Shown in pieces: positions 56,155-64,000 of a DNA stretch of 64,000 bases (within the stretch, counting starts at the first letter, position 1; each line of letters opens with the position of its first letter). The stretch spans positions 51,384-115,383 of the forward strand of contig JBBRYH010000002.1 of NCBI GenBank assembly GCA_038237845.1. Reading direction: 5' to 3'. The stretch is from Bacteroidia bacterium (GTDB taxonomy: Bacteria > Bacteroidota > Bacteroidia > Palsa-965). The notes below the pieces were generated by a model that worked only from the letters and a program-made list of their open reading frames with translations, searched no databases and had not been told where the DNA came from. The translations under genes were made by a program, and so were the position numbers.

Positions 56155-58860
56155 TTATGCAGGCTGCTGGGCCTGTTTCTTCTTTCGTGCAAATGCGAAT
56201 TCCAGAATCCGATCCATAAATTCGTAAGGCTTGTAATGATTGATTGCTGCTTGATGAAAAATACAAGTTGCAGGAGTCATTCCTGGCAAAGAATTCACTT
56301 CAATAATAACTGTTTCAACTTTATCAGGGCTAAATACCCGCACGAAAGCATCAATCCGGGTATAACCCTGAATATTTAACAGACGTGCTGCTGCTCCCAA
56401 GGTTGCCTTTACCTGATCAGAAATCAACTGTCTATCTTTTGAATTCAGCGCATATCTCGCAGGAGTAATATTCTGTCCTTGTCCTGCAAGAAATTTTTCT
56501 TCTAGTGAAAGTACTTCACCTTCGGAAAGTGCTTCTGAAGCTTCAAACACTTCATACTGCAACTCCCCTTTTTCATTCAGGCTGGTGAGCATTCCACCCG
56601 TAACTTCAATAAAATGTTTGGCGTCTTTTTTACTGATTAATTCTTCTATCAAAAAAACGTTTTTACGTGGGAATTCTTCCTTTGCTTTAATTTTCAGAAT
56701 ATCCGTTTTTGCTTGATCAAATGTTTCTGTCTTGCGGAAAATTAAATCAGCAAAAGTTTCAAGTTCCAATTTTGTTTTGATTCGGCGAACAGCAGAACTA
56801 CAACCATCATCCACCGGCTTGGCAATGAATGGCCATTTAATGTTTTTATTAATGTTTTCTAGAACAGTTTCTCTTTGGGAATTCCAATCCTCTTCAGTAA
56901 CAAGCATGTGCGCTGCTGCAAGAAAACCGTTCTGCATTAGAATTTCATTTGTCTTATACTTATCAATTGTAATTTCTGAACTTGCTTTTCCTGAGCCATT
57001 GTATGGAAGTCCAAGTGCATCCAATTTTTCTTGAATTGCCCCATCTTCTCCCGGTCGACCATGCAATCCAATAAATACTGCATCGCACATACTTGCTAAT
57101 TCTTCATATGAAATTTTGCGCGGCGCTGCCAAAGCAGAAGTTGAGGAATACGTATGTGTAAGGGAATAACAGCTATCTATGATACGTTGAACTACAGGGT
57201 GAACTTTCCAATTATCAATTTTATCTTTTATGTCATCGGCATTATCCTTCAATAAAATATTGATCGGAATTACAAACAATTGATGTTCTTCATTACTTCC
57301 TGTTAGAAATACAGGGAAAGGCGCATACTTGGTAGAAGAAGAAAGTTTTTCATAAATATTTCTTCCACTTTCTACTGAAATATGTCGTTCAGAAGAATAG
57401 CCTCCTAATATAACAGCCACTTTAATTTTAGATTCATTTTTCGTACGGAGGTGATGCATTGCTTCATCTAAATGAATTAAGAGATGATCATAACGGTGTG
57501 CGAACTTGTCGCCCCTGATCCTGCAACGCAAAGAAGTATGAATAATAAATGTGAGGAATTGAGAAGGATTCAATCCAATTTCTGCAGCCTGATGGAAGAA
57601 AAATGACGAAGGCATCATTCCGGAAGTTGTATTCGGGTCATTAAGATAAATCACGCTGTCTTTTGTAATAAATCCATCGATACGGGCATAAACATCAAAC
57701 TCCAAAGCAGAAAACAATCGTTCACATTCCGTTCGTATTTTTTCAATTTGATCCTCCGGCAATTCAATCGGCGTAATTTTTCTTGATAGTCCGGGCAAAT
57801 ACTTTGAACGATAATCAAAAAGTTCTTTTCCTTTTCTAATTTCAGTTGGAGGAAGGGCAACAGCTTTTTCATTTTCATCTTCCACTACGATGCACGAAAA
57901 TTCTTTTCCTTCAATAAAACCTTCAATTAAAATTTCACTTTCTGCGTCGAGTGACTCCATAAATAATGGAGCATCATTTTTTGAAAAATAATTTTCTATA
58001 GTCGCTAATAATACATCGGGGTGAAAACTAATTTCAGTTGTTTTACCAAAATGAACCATCAATGGCATTCCGATTCCTTCTCGGATATCCGAAAGCGTCC
58101 TAACATATTCATTTTTCTCCTCTTCATTCAATTTTCCCCACTCTTGCGAATGAATTGATCTTGTAAAGAAACTTTTATTAACAGCTCTTTCAAAACCTTC
58201 GAAATTTTCTTTTTGCAAAATGGATATTCCAATGGACGAACCTTGCGTAGCCGATTTAATCACCAATGGAAAACCAATTTCTTTCTTTGCCTTTTCGAAT
58301 ATTTTATTTTTGTCTGAACCAAACCATTCGCCTCTTTTCAAAGCAAAAAAAGCTGGCGATGCAAAACCTGCATTTACCATTAATTGTTTCTGAATCGCCT
58401 TATCAATTCCTATTGCTGATGGTAAAACTCCACTTCCAGAATAAGGAATTCCAAGATATTCGAACATTCCCTGAATTCTTCCATCTTCACCGAAAGGTCC
58501 ATGTAAACATAAAAAAGCAAAATCTATTTTCTGCTTAATTTCATCTGTCGACAATCTTTTACCGAGCAAAGCAGCCATCGCTTCAATTTGTTCTGCATCG
58601 GGATTTAGGCTTTCAGCATAGACTTGAAATTCACCTGCTGAATCAGGAACCATTTCCAATGGCGGATAAAAATCTCTAATGCTTCCTTTATAAACAAACT
58701 CCCAGTTCAGTAAAATGAATTTCCCGAAACTGTCAACGAAAATAGGAACGGGCTCAAAGAGCGCTTTGTTCAAATTATCATATACCGTTCTTCCTCCAGC
58801 AAAGGAAATTTCGCGCTCTTTAGAAACGCCGCCAAAAAAGATGCCAACACGTATTTTCAT
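56155..58860 (-). CDS. ddl: tandem double D-alanine--D-alanine ligase (two Ddl modules in one ~900-aa chain)
   Basis: Two copies each of GG.S.ER.IS, LHG..GEDG, RID and (D/E).N...GM. ATG 58860 is supported by TATCTTTG at 58869-58876. Confidence 0.92.
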   Translation of the reverse strand: MKIRVGIFFGGVSKEREISFAGGRTVYDNLNKALFEPVPIFVDSFGKFILLNWEFVYKGSIRDFYPPLEMVPDSAGEFQVYAESLNPDAEQIEAMAALLGKRLSTDEIKQKIDFAFLCLHGPFGEDGRIQGMFEYLGIPYSGSGVLPSAIGIDKAIQKQLMVNAGFASPAFFALKRGEWFGSDKNKIFEKAKKEIGFPLVIKSATQGSSIGISILQKENFEGFERAVNKSFFTRSIHSQEWGKLNEEEKNEYVRTLSDIREGIGMPLMVHFGKTTEISFHPDVLLATIENYFSKNDAPLFMESLDAESEILIEGFIEGKEFSCIVVEDENEKAVALPPTEIRKGKELFDYRSKYLPGLSRKITPIELPEDQIEKIRTECERLFSALEFDVYARIDGFITKDSVIYLNDPNTTSGMMPSSFFFHQAAEIGLNPSQFLTFIIHTSLRCRIRGDKFAHRYDHLLIHLDEAMHHLRTKNESKIKVAVILGGYSSERHISVESGRNIYEKLSSSTKYAPFPVFLTGSNEEHQLFVIPINILLKDNADDIKDKIDNWKVHPVVQRIIDSCYSLTHTYSSTSALAAPRKISYEELASMCDAVFIGLHGRPGEDGAIQEKLDALGLPYNGSGKASSEITIDKYKTNEILMQNGFLAAAHMLVTEEDWNSQRETVLENINKNIKWPFIAKPVDDGCSSAVRRIKTKLELETFADLIFRKTETFDQAKTDILKIKAKEEFPRKNVFLIEELISKKDAKHFIEVTGGMLTSLNEKGELQYEVFEASEALSEGEVLSLEEKFLAGQGQNITPARYALNSKDRQLISDQVKATLGAAARLLNIQGYTRIDAFVRVFSPDKVETVIIEVNSLPGMTPATCIFHQAAINHYKPYEFMDRILEFAFARKKKQAQQPA

Positions 58861-59089
58861 AGGCCAAACAAAGATAAGGGTTTGAACCACCTTACTACCA
58901 ATGAAAGAAGCAGGTTTTCAATAAGTGTTGTTAAAAACTTATCAAGTGCAATTTCTACAATGCGCAGAGACAATCTTTAAGGGTCATAATAGGCCAAAAG
59001 TGCCTATTGGCTTCCATTTTCCCCTAAAAAATTAGCCAATATTTACCTTTATGTAAAGTTGAGGGAAAAATTTAAATTAGATTTACCAC

Positions 59090-60181
59090 TTGGGTTTACT
59101 TCGATTCTTACTGGCATTATCTGTCCTTATTTCGCACACTTCTCCTCTTTTTGGGTTGAACTTCGTTGGCGGCGACTTGGCTGTACAAGCATTTTTCATT
59201 ATTTCGGGATTTTATATGAGCATGATCCTAAATGAAAAGTATATTGGAAGTAATGGCTCCTTCCGTCTTTTCATAACCAATAGATTTCTTCGACTTTTTC
59301 CAGCATATTGGTTTGTTATTGTTTTAATAATTTCGTTTTCCTGTTTTGTTGGAATATACACGCATGGTCGAAATTGGGTAAGCTTAAATGCTTGGTATCA
59401 ATATGGGAATGAACTTAGTTTGACAAGTATCTTCTTCTTAGGCTTAACTAATTTATTTATTTTCTTTCAAGATGCAGTGATGTTTTTGGGCTTGAATCCG
59501 ATGACTGGTAATTTATTTTTTAGCCCCGATTTTCTAAATACTCATCCTCAAATTCATACTTTTTTACTTATTCCACCCGCATGGAGCATCAGTACCGAAT
59601 TATTTTTTTATCTGCTGGCACCTTTTGTTCTTAAAAAAGGACTAAAACTAATTTTACCAATTATGGTGCTTTCTTTGGCGCTACGTTTTTTCCTGTATAG
59701 TAAAGGCCTTAATCATGACCCATGGACCTACCGTTTTTTTCCAACCGAACTTATTTTCTTCCTTCTTGGTAATATATCTTATCGTTTTTATAAAATTTTA
59801 GTTACTTACAATTTGAATAAACATTTCTTGAAATTTGTTTGGCTTTTTATAATTTGTCTGATAATTATTTACTGGAATATTGACTTTGAGTATAAAAAGA
59901 TTTTTTTCTTACTAATGTTTTGTGTGGCGATGCCCTTTATTTTTATTCATTCGAAAGCTAATACAATTGACAATTACATTGGGAATTTATCCTATCCGAT
60001 GTATATTTCACATCTATTTATTCTATCTATTGTAACTACATTAAAAATACATTTTTTAGGACCTATTAACCTTGCTACTATTTTTCTTACAGTAGCTTTA
60101 TCCATCTTTATAAATCGATTTGTAGTCAACAAAATTGAACAAAAACGTCAGAAGAGATTAAAACCATTAGATATTTCCTGA
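59090..60181 (+). CDS. acyltransferase 3 (OafA/YrhL) family membrane O-acyltransferase
   Basis: LRF.LAL.V...H, AV..FFIISGF, RFLRLFP, WSISTE..FY, G.LSY..YI.H. Confidence 0.92.
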   Translation: MGLLRFLLALSVLISHTSPLFGLNFVGGDLAVQAFFIISGFYMSMILNEKYIGSNGSFRLFITNRFLRLFPAYWFVIVLIISFSCFVGIYTHGRNWVSLNAWYQYGNELSLTSIFFLGLTNLFIFFQDAVMFLGLNPMTGNLFFSPDFLNTHPQIHTFLLIPPAWSISTELFFYLLAPFVLKKGLKLILPIMVLSLALRFFLYSKGLNHDPWTYRFFPTELIFFLLGNISYRFYKILVTYNLNKHFLKFVWLFIICLIIIYWNIDFEYKKIFFLLMFCVAMPFIFIHSKANTIDNYIGNLSYPMYISHLFILSIVTTLKIHFLGPINLATIFLTVALSIFINRFVVNKIEQKRQKRLKPLDIS

Positions 60182-60748
60182 AAGAAGGAATAATTTAAAT
60201 TTCTGAAATGCTCTTGCACGGTGACTGATAGTATTCTTTTTTTCTAAATCCATTTCTGCAAACGATTTACTTTGGCCTTCCGGAATAAATATTGGATCAT
60301 AACCGAATCCATTACTTCCAACTTTCATGTTTGCAATTTCACCTTTGACAATTCCTTCAAATAATTTTTCCTCTGTCCCATTTAAGTACGCAATAACAGT
60401 CCTAAATTGAGCGGATCTATTTTTTATATTTGCCAACTCTTCTAATATTTTTTCCATATTTCTATCTGCATTCTTTTCTTCACCCGCATAACGAGCAGAA
60501 AAAACTCCAGGCCGGCCGTTTAGACTTTCAATTTCTAATCCAGTATCATCGGCAAAACATGCGTTCCCTGTAGCAGCAAAAACAAACCTTGCTTTTTGAA
60601 GTGCATTTGCTTCTAGGGTATTACCTGTCTCAGGCAATTCATTTTTAAAAAGAAGAGGGTCCAAACCGACGATATTTATTTTTCCTTCGAGAATTGAATT
60701 TATTTCTCGAATTTTATTTGGGTTCTGACTTGCAAAAATAATATTCAT
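60167..60748 (-). CDS. rdgB: non-canonical purine NTP pyrophosphatase (RdgB/HAM1)
   Basis: FAS.N..K..E, ETG.T...NA..KA, ADDTGL, PGVFSARYAG, GFGYDPIF, SHR.RA. Confidence 0.96.
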   Translation of the reverse strand: MNIIFASQNPNKIREINSILEGKINIVGLDPLLFKNELPETGNTLEANALQKARFVFAATGNACFADDTGLEIESLNGRPGVFSARYAGEEKNADRNMEKILEELANIKNRSAQFRTVIAYLNGTEEKLFEGIVKGEIANMKVGSNGFGYDPIFIPEGQSKSFAEMDLEKKNTISHRARAFQKFKLFLLSGNI

Positions 60749-60823
60749 ACAACGAAAGTAAACATTCATTGAAGTCAAAACACCCAAAAAATGGTCAAAA
60801 TCGCTATCTTGTGACCCGTTAAT

Positions 60824-61741
60824 ATGAACGAGATTAACCCCAATTCTAGTCCCGAAAAAAAGATTTCATTGATGATTATCGGCGCTCAAAAAGCTGGTAC
60901 AACTTCATTGAAAAATTATCTTGGCCAGCATCCTGACCTAGAAACTCATCCACATAAAGAGTTCAGCCATTTTTTTGATGCGAATGAATATTCGAAAGGC
61001 TCCGATGTGGCATTCCAAAAATATTTTGATGAAACTTCAAGTAAACCTTTATTTATTGCCAAAAATGCTGGTTTATTTGTAAGTGAGCCTGGAATTCTAA
61101 GATTAAAAGAGCACAATAAGGATTGCAAATTGGTTTTTATGCTACGGAATCCTATCGAAAGAACTTACTCCTCTTTTTTAATGGAAAAAAATTATGGAGC
61201 AATAAAAGGTTCTTTTGAATCTCTCGAACCAATTATACGTAAGAACGATATTACTGATTGGCGTTTTGAATTTTTTGTTGGCATGAGTTTATATTGCAAT
61301 CATTTGAGCATGCTTCAGAAACATTTTAATAAAGACCAAATGAAAATTATCAGATATGCAGATTTTAAAAATAATCCAGCTGCAATCTGTACTGACCTTT
61401 TTAAATGGTTGAAGGTGGATGAAACTTTTGTGCCTGATACGTCTGTAAAACATAACGTAACACACGTAAATAGGTCATCAAACTATGGAAGATTTGTAGT
61501 TCAATTACTCCGTAATCATAGTCCATTGAAGAAAATTGCAAGAATTATGATGCCTGGTAAAATGGATTATAAGGTAGGTGAAATGCTTAGGAATATTAAT
61601 AAGACAAATAGGCTCCATTCCAAAATGCCAGAAAGTATGTACCATCTTTTACGTGAATATTATGAACCTTTTAATAATGAATTGAGCGAAATGACTGGAA
61701 TAGATTTTTCTGATTGGAACCAAAAAGCACACAAAAAATAA
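60824..61741 (+). CDS. PAPS-dependent sulfotransferase
   Basis: 5'-PSB motif GAQKAGTTSL and 3'-PB motif LRNPIERTYS. Confidence 0.92.
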   Translation: MNEINPNSSPEKKISLMIIGAQKAGTTSLKNYLGQHPDLETHPHKEFSHFFDANEYSKGSDVAFQKYFDETSSKPLFIAKNAGLFVSEPGILRLKEHNKDCKLVFMLRNPIERTYSSFLMEKNYGAIKGSFESLEPIIRKNDITDWRFEFFVGMSLYCNHLSMLQKHFNKDQMKIIRYADFKNNPAAICTDLFKWLKVDETFVPDTSVKHNVTHVNRSSNYGRFVVQLLRNHSPLKKIARIMMPGKMDYKVGEMLRNINKTNRLHSKMPESMYHLLREYYEPFNNELSEMTGIDFSDWNQKAHKK

Positions 61742-61797
61742 ATTAGATTTTATTCCTAGCATAAGTATAAACGGCATAACAGAAAGTTGATCCATTA

Positions 61798-62481
61798 ATG
61801 AATAACGAAGAATGCAGAAAAATCTGGATCAAAGAAAAACTGGAAAAAATTCCTTCAGGAAATCGATTGCTGGATGCAGGAGCAGGAGAACAACAATACA
61901 AATCATTTTGTTCTCATTTAAAATATGTTTCTCAAGATTTTGCCGCTTACAAACCAGAAAATCTTGATCAAGGCTTGCAAATGCAAAACTGGGATTATGG
62001 AAAATTGGATATTATCTCCGACATTACTTCCATACCAGAACCGGAAGGCAGTTTTGACGTTATACTTTGCACAGAAGTTTTTGAACATATCCCTGATCCT
62101 ATAAAAGCTATTGCAGAGTTTTCAAGATTGCTGCGAAAAGGTGGGAAATTAATTATTACTGCACCTTTTACTAGCATGACGCATTTCGCTCCGTATCACT
62201 TTGCAACCGGTTTCAACAGATATTTTTTTGAACATCATTTACCGGCACACTCATTTTCAATTGAAGAATTATCATTTAATGGAAATTATTTTGATGTTGT
62301 AGGCCAGGAATTAAACCGTATCGATCACATTGCCATTAAATACGCAAATGATAAACCAAGTTGGCTGGAATACCAAGCACTTAAACTGGTTAAAAAAATG
62401 AACAATCGATTTGAAGCAAAAGGAAATCGATCTACCGAATTATTAGCCTTGGGAATTCATATTGTAGGAACAAAAGTTTGA
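61798..62481 (+). CDS. class I SAM-dependent methyltransferase
   Basis: LLDAGAG, FDVILCTEVFEHI, LLRKGG.LIITAPF. Confidence 0.9.
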   Translation: MNNEECRKIWIKEKLEKIPSGNRLLDAGAGEQQYKSFCSHLKYVSQDFAAYKPENLDQGLQMQNWDYGKLDIISDITSIPEPEGSFDVILCTEVFEHIPDPIKAIAEFSRLLRKGGKLIITAPFTSMTHFAPYHFATGFNRYFFEHHLPAHSFSIEELSFNGNYFDVVGQELNRIDHIAIKYANDKPSWLEYQALKLVKKMNNRFEAKGNRSTELLALGIHIVGTKV

Positions 62482-62486
62482 TACAA

Positions 62487-63506
62487 ATGAAAACTCCGAA
62501 AATATCTGTCATCCTACCTTGCTATAATGCAGAAGAATATTTGCGGGAATCCATTGATAGCATTCTTAATCAATCCTTTTCAGATTTCGAATTGATAATA
62601 ATAAATGATGGCTCAACCGATTCTACATTTCAAATAATTTCGGAGTATAAGGATGATCGAATTATTTTGATTTTAAACGAAACGAATCTTGGCTTAATTA
62701 GAACATTGAACATTGGAATTAGCAAATCGAGAGGGGAATTAGTAGCTCGAATGGACGCAGATGATATTTCCAGACCCGAACGGTTTCAAAAACAGTTGGA
62801 ATATTTATTGAAACATCCCAAAGTTGGCGTTTGCGGAACTTGGATGCATATGATCCACAATCAAACCATTTATAAACAACGCTATCTGCTTTCCGATCAA
62901 ATTAAATCCGTTTTACTTTTCGCCAATCCCATTGTCCATCCTTCAGTCATGTTTCGAAAATCAATTTTTGAAAATGAAAATGAAATTTACAATTCTAATT
63001 ATCCACATGCAGAAGATTATGCATTATGGGTTTCACTGATTGAAAAAACAGAATTCGCAATTATCGATGAACCACTTTTTGAATATAGAGCTCATACGAA
63101 TCAGGTAAGTAGAAATTTTAACGAAATTCAACGTGCATCAGTTAAACAAGCGCAGCAAATAATTCTCGATAAGCTACAACTTGATTGCACAGATGAAGAA
63201 AAGGAAATCCAGTTTTCTTTATATATTGAAGAATATCAAAAAACAAATAATTATTATTCTTCTGTTGAAAAATGGTTGTCAAAATTAATTGTGGCGAATC
63301 AGGCAACAAAATTTTTCAACGAAAATATTTTCAGAAATATTGTAGGCGAATGGTGGTTTCGTGTCAATCGTGAATTGGCACCTTCTGGTTTCGGAAGCTA
63401 TTCTCGTTTCAAAAACTCTCCGCTTTCAGCTAAATACGAACCTTCAGCAACAGCGATTGCAAAAATCAGAGTCAAGTCCATTCTAAAAGCAAGAAAGAAA
63501 AACTAA
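62487..63506 (+). CDS. glycosyltransferase family 2
   Basis: ISVILPCYN, INDGSTD, RMDADD, HPSVM, AEDY.LW. Confidence 0.95.
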   Translation: MKTPKISVILPCYNAEEYLRESIDSILNQSFSDFELIIINDGSTDSTFQIISEYKDDRIILILNETNLGLIRTLNIGISKSRGELVARMDADDISRPERFQKQLEYLLKHPKVGVCGTWMHMIHNQTIYKQRYLLSDQIKSVLLFANPIVHPSVMFRKSIFENENEIYNSNYPHAEDYALWVSLIEKTEFAIIDEPLFEYRAHTNQVSRNFNEIQRASVKQAQQIILDKLQLDCTDEEKEIQFSLYIEEYQKTNNYYSSVEKWLSKLIVANQATKFFNENIFRNIVGEWWFRVNRELAPSGFGSYSRFKNSPLSAKYEPSATAIAKIRVKSILKARKKN

Positions 63507-63507
63507 A

Positions 63508-64000
63508 ATGCAGGCAAACGCGCTCTGGGATTATTTTAAGTTTCGCATCCGAGGTCTTCCTAAACCCGATGAGAAACCATTTGCATTTATTAAGGCAGGC
63601 GATCTAATTTTTGATATCGGAGCTAATCTTGGAAATTACAGTGATTTATTTTTGAGTAAAAAAGCAAAAGTGATTGCAATTGAACCTCAAACTTATTGCA
63701 TAGACTTTTTAAAATTACGTTTTAGAAAACATTCAGATATTACTATTTTAAAATGTGGGATTGGATCCAAAGAAGAAGAAAAAGAATTAATGGTTTCCTC
63801 TGCTCATACATTATCATCTTTCAATTCAGAATGGGTCGAAGGCGTAAATAAAACAGAACGATTTAAGCCGAGTAATGCTGTTTGGGAAAAGAAAGAAAAG
63901 ATTCCCATGCATACATTAGACTATCTCATTAAAAAATTCGGTATTCCTGATTATCTGAAAATTGATGTGGAAGGATATGAGAAGGAAGTTTTGAGAGGTT
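63508..64000 (+). CDS. FkbM family methyltransferase, truncated by window edge
   Basis: Not in ORF track. Translated by hand from ATG 63508: FDIGANLG, VIAIEP, TLD, LKIDVEGYE.EVL.G. Confidence 0.92.
   Translation, partial: MQANALWDYFKFRIRGLPKPDEKPFAFIKAGDLIFDIGANLGNYSDLFLSKKAKVIAIEPQTYCIDFLKLRFRKHSDITILKCGIGSKEEEKELMVSSAHTLSSFNSEWVEGVNKTERFKPSNAVWEKKEKIPMHTLDYLIKKFGIPDYLKIDVEGYEKEVLRG

Noticed and set aside
56155-58860. Double ddl as an assembly artefact or read-through of two genes
   Set aside because: The halves are highly divergent in sequence and joined in one uninterrupted frame. It is also not a van cluster, since no vanH, vanX or vanRS is present.
636-62177. Numerous 60-140 aa ORFs nested in or antisense to long genes
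   Set aside because: They fully overlap well-supported CDSs and have no recognisable motifs.
1-64000. CRISPR arrays, tRNA/rRNA genes, IS elements, prophage or defence genes
   Set aside because: None was recognised by eye. Intergenic gaps are short and lack regularly spaced repeats or cloverleaf motifs. A covariance-model scan was not possible.

Overview
AT-rich, gene-dense chromosomal window from a Bacteroidota bacterium, inferred from T9SS C-terminal domains, UpxY and TAnnTTTG -7 promoters. I found no rRNA, tRNA, CRISPR array, transposase or phage gene. From left to right it holds: (1) the start of a polysaccharide locus on the minus strand (wzc, wHTH regulator, upxY, FAD protein, wzm-like permease); (2) a four-gene cassette of a T9SS adhesin, a 76-aa Pro-rich sorting-signal micro-protein, an exosortase and an associated membrane protein; (3) glyA, an ECF sigma/anti-sigma unit with two paralogous exported proteins, and a 1479-aa T9SS repeat protein; (4) housekeeping genes (fahA, rel, fur, STAS, purA, OstA-like, split FadF-like Fe-S oxidoreductase, mlaD, amidase, lptD-like, M28 peptidase, trxA, DUF58, kup, ECF/RskA, dnaK, PASTA, rdgB); (5) the start of a glycan-modification locus. 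The most notable items are the exosortase/micro-peptide/T9SS cassette, a tandem double D-Ala-D-Ala ligase with one Tyr-type and one Phe-type omega loop, a pseudo-dimeric beta-carbonic-anhydrase-like protein, an ops-like element before upxY, and a sigma54-like promoter at dnaK. Family assignments are by motif recognition only; no searches were run.
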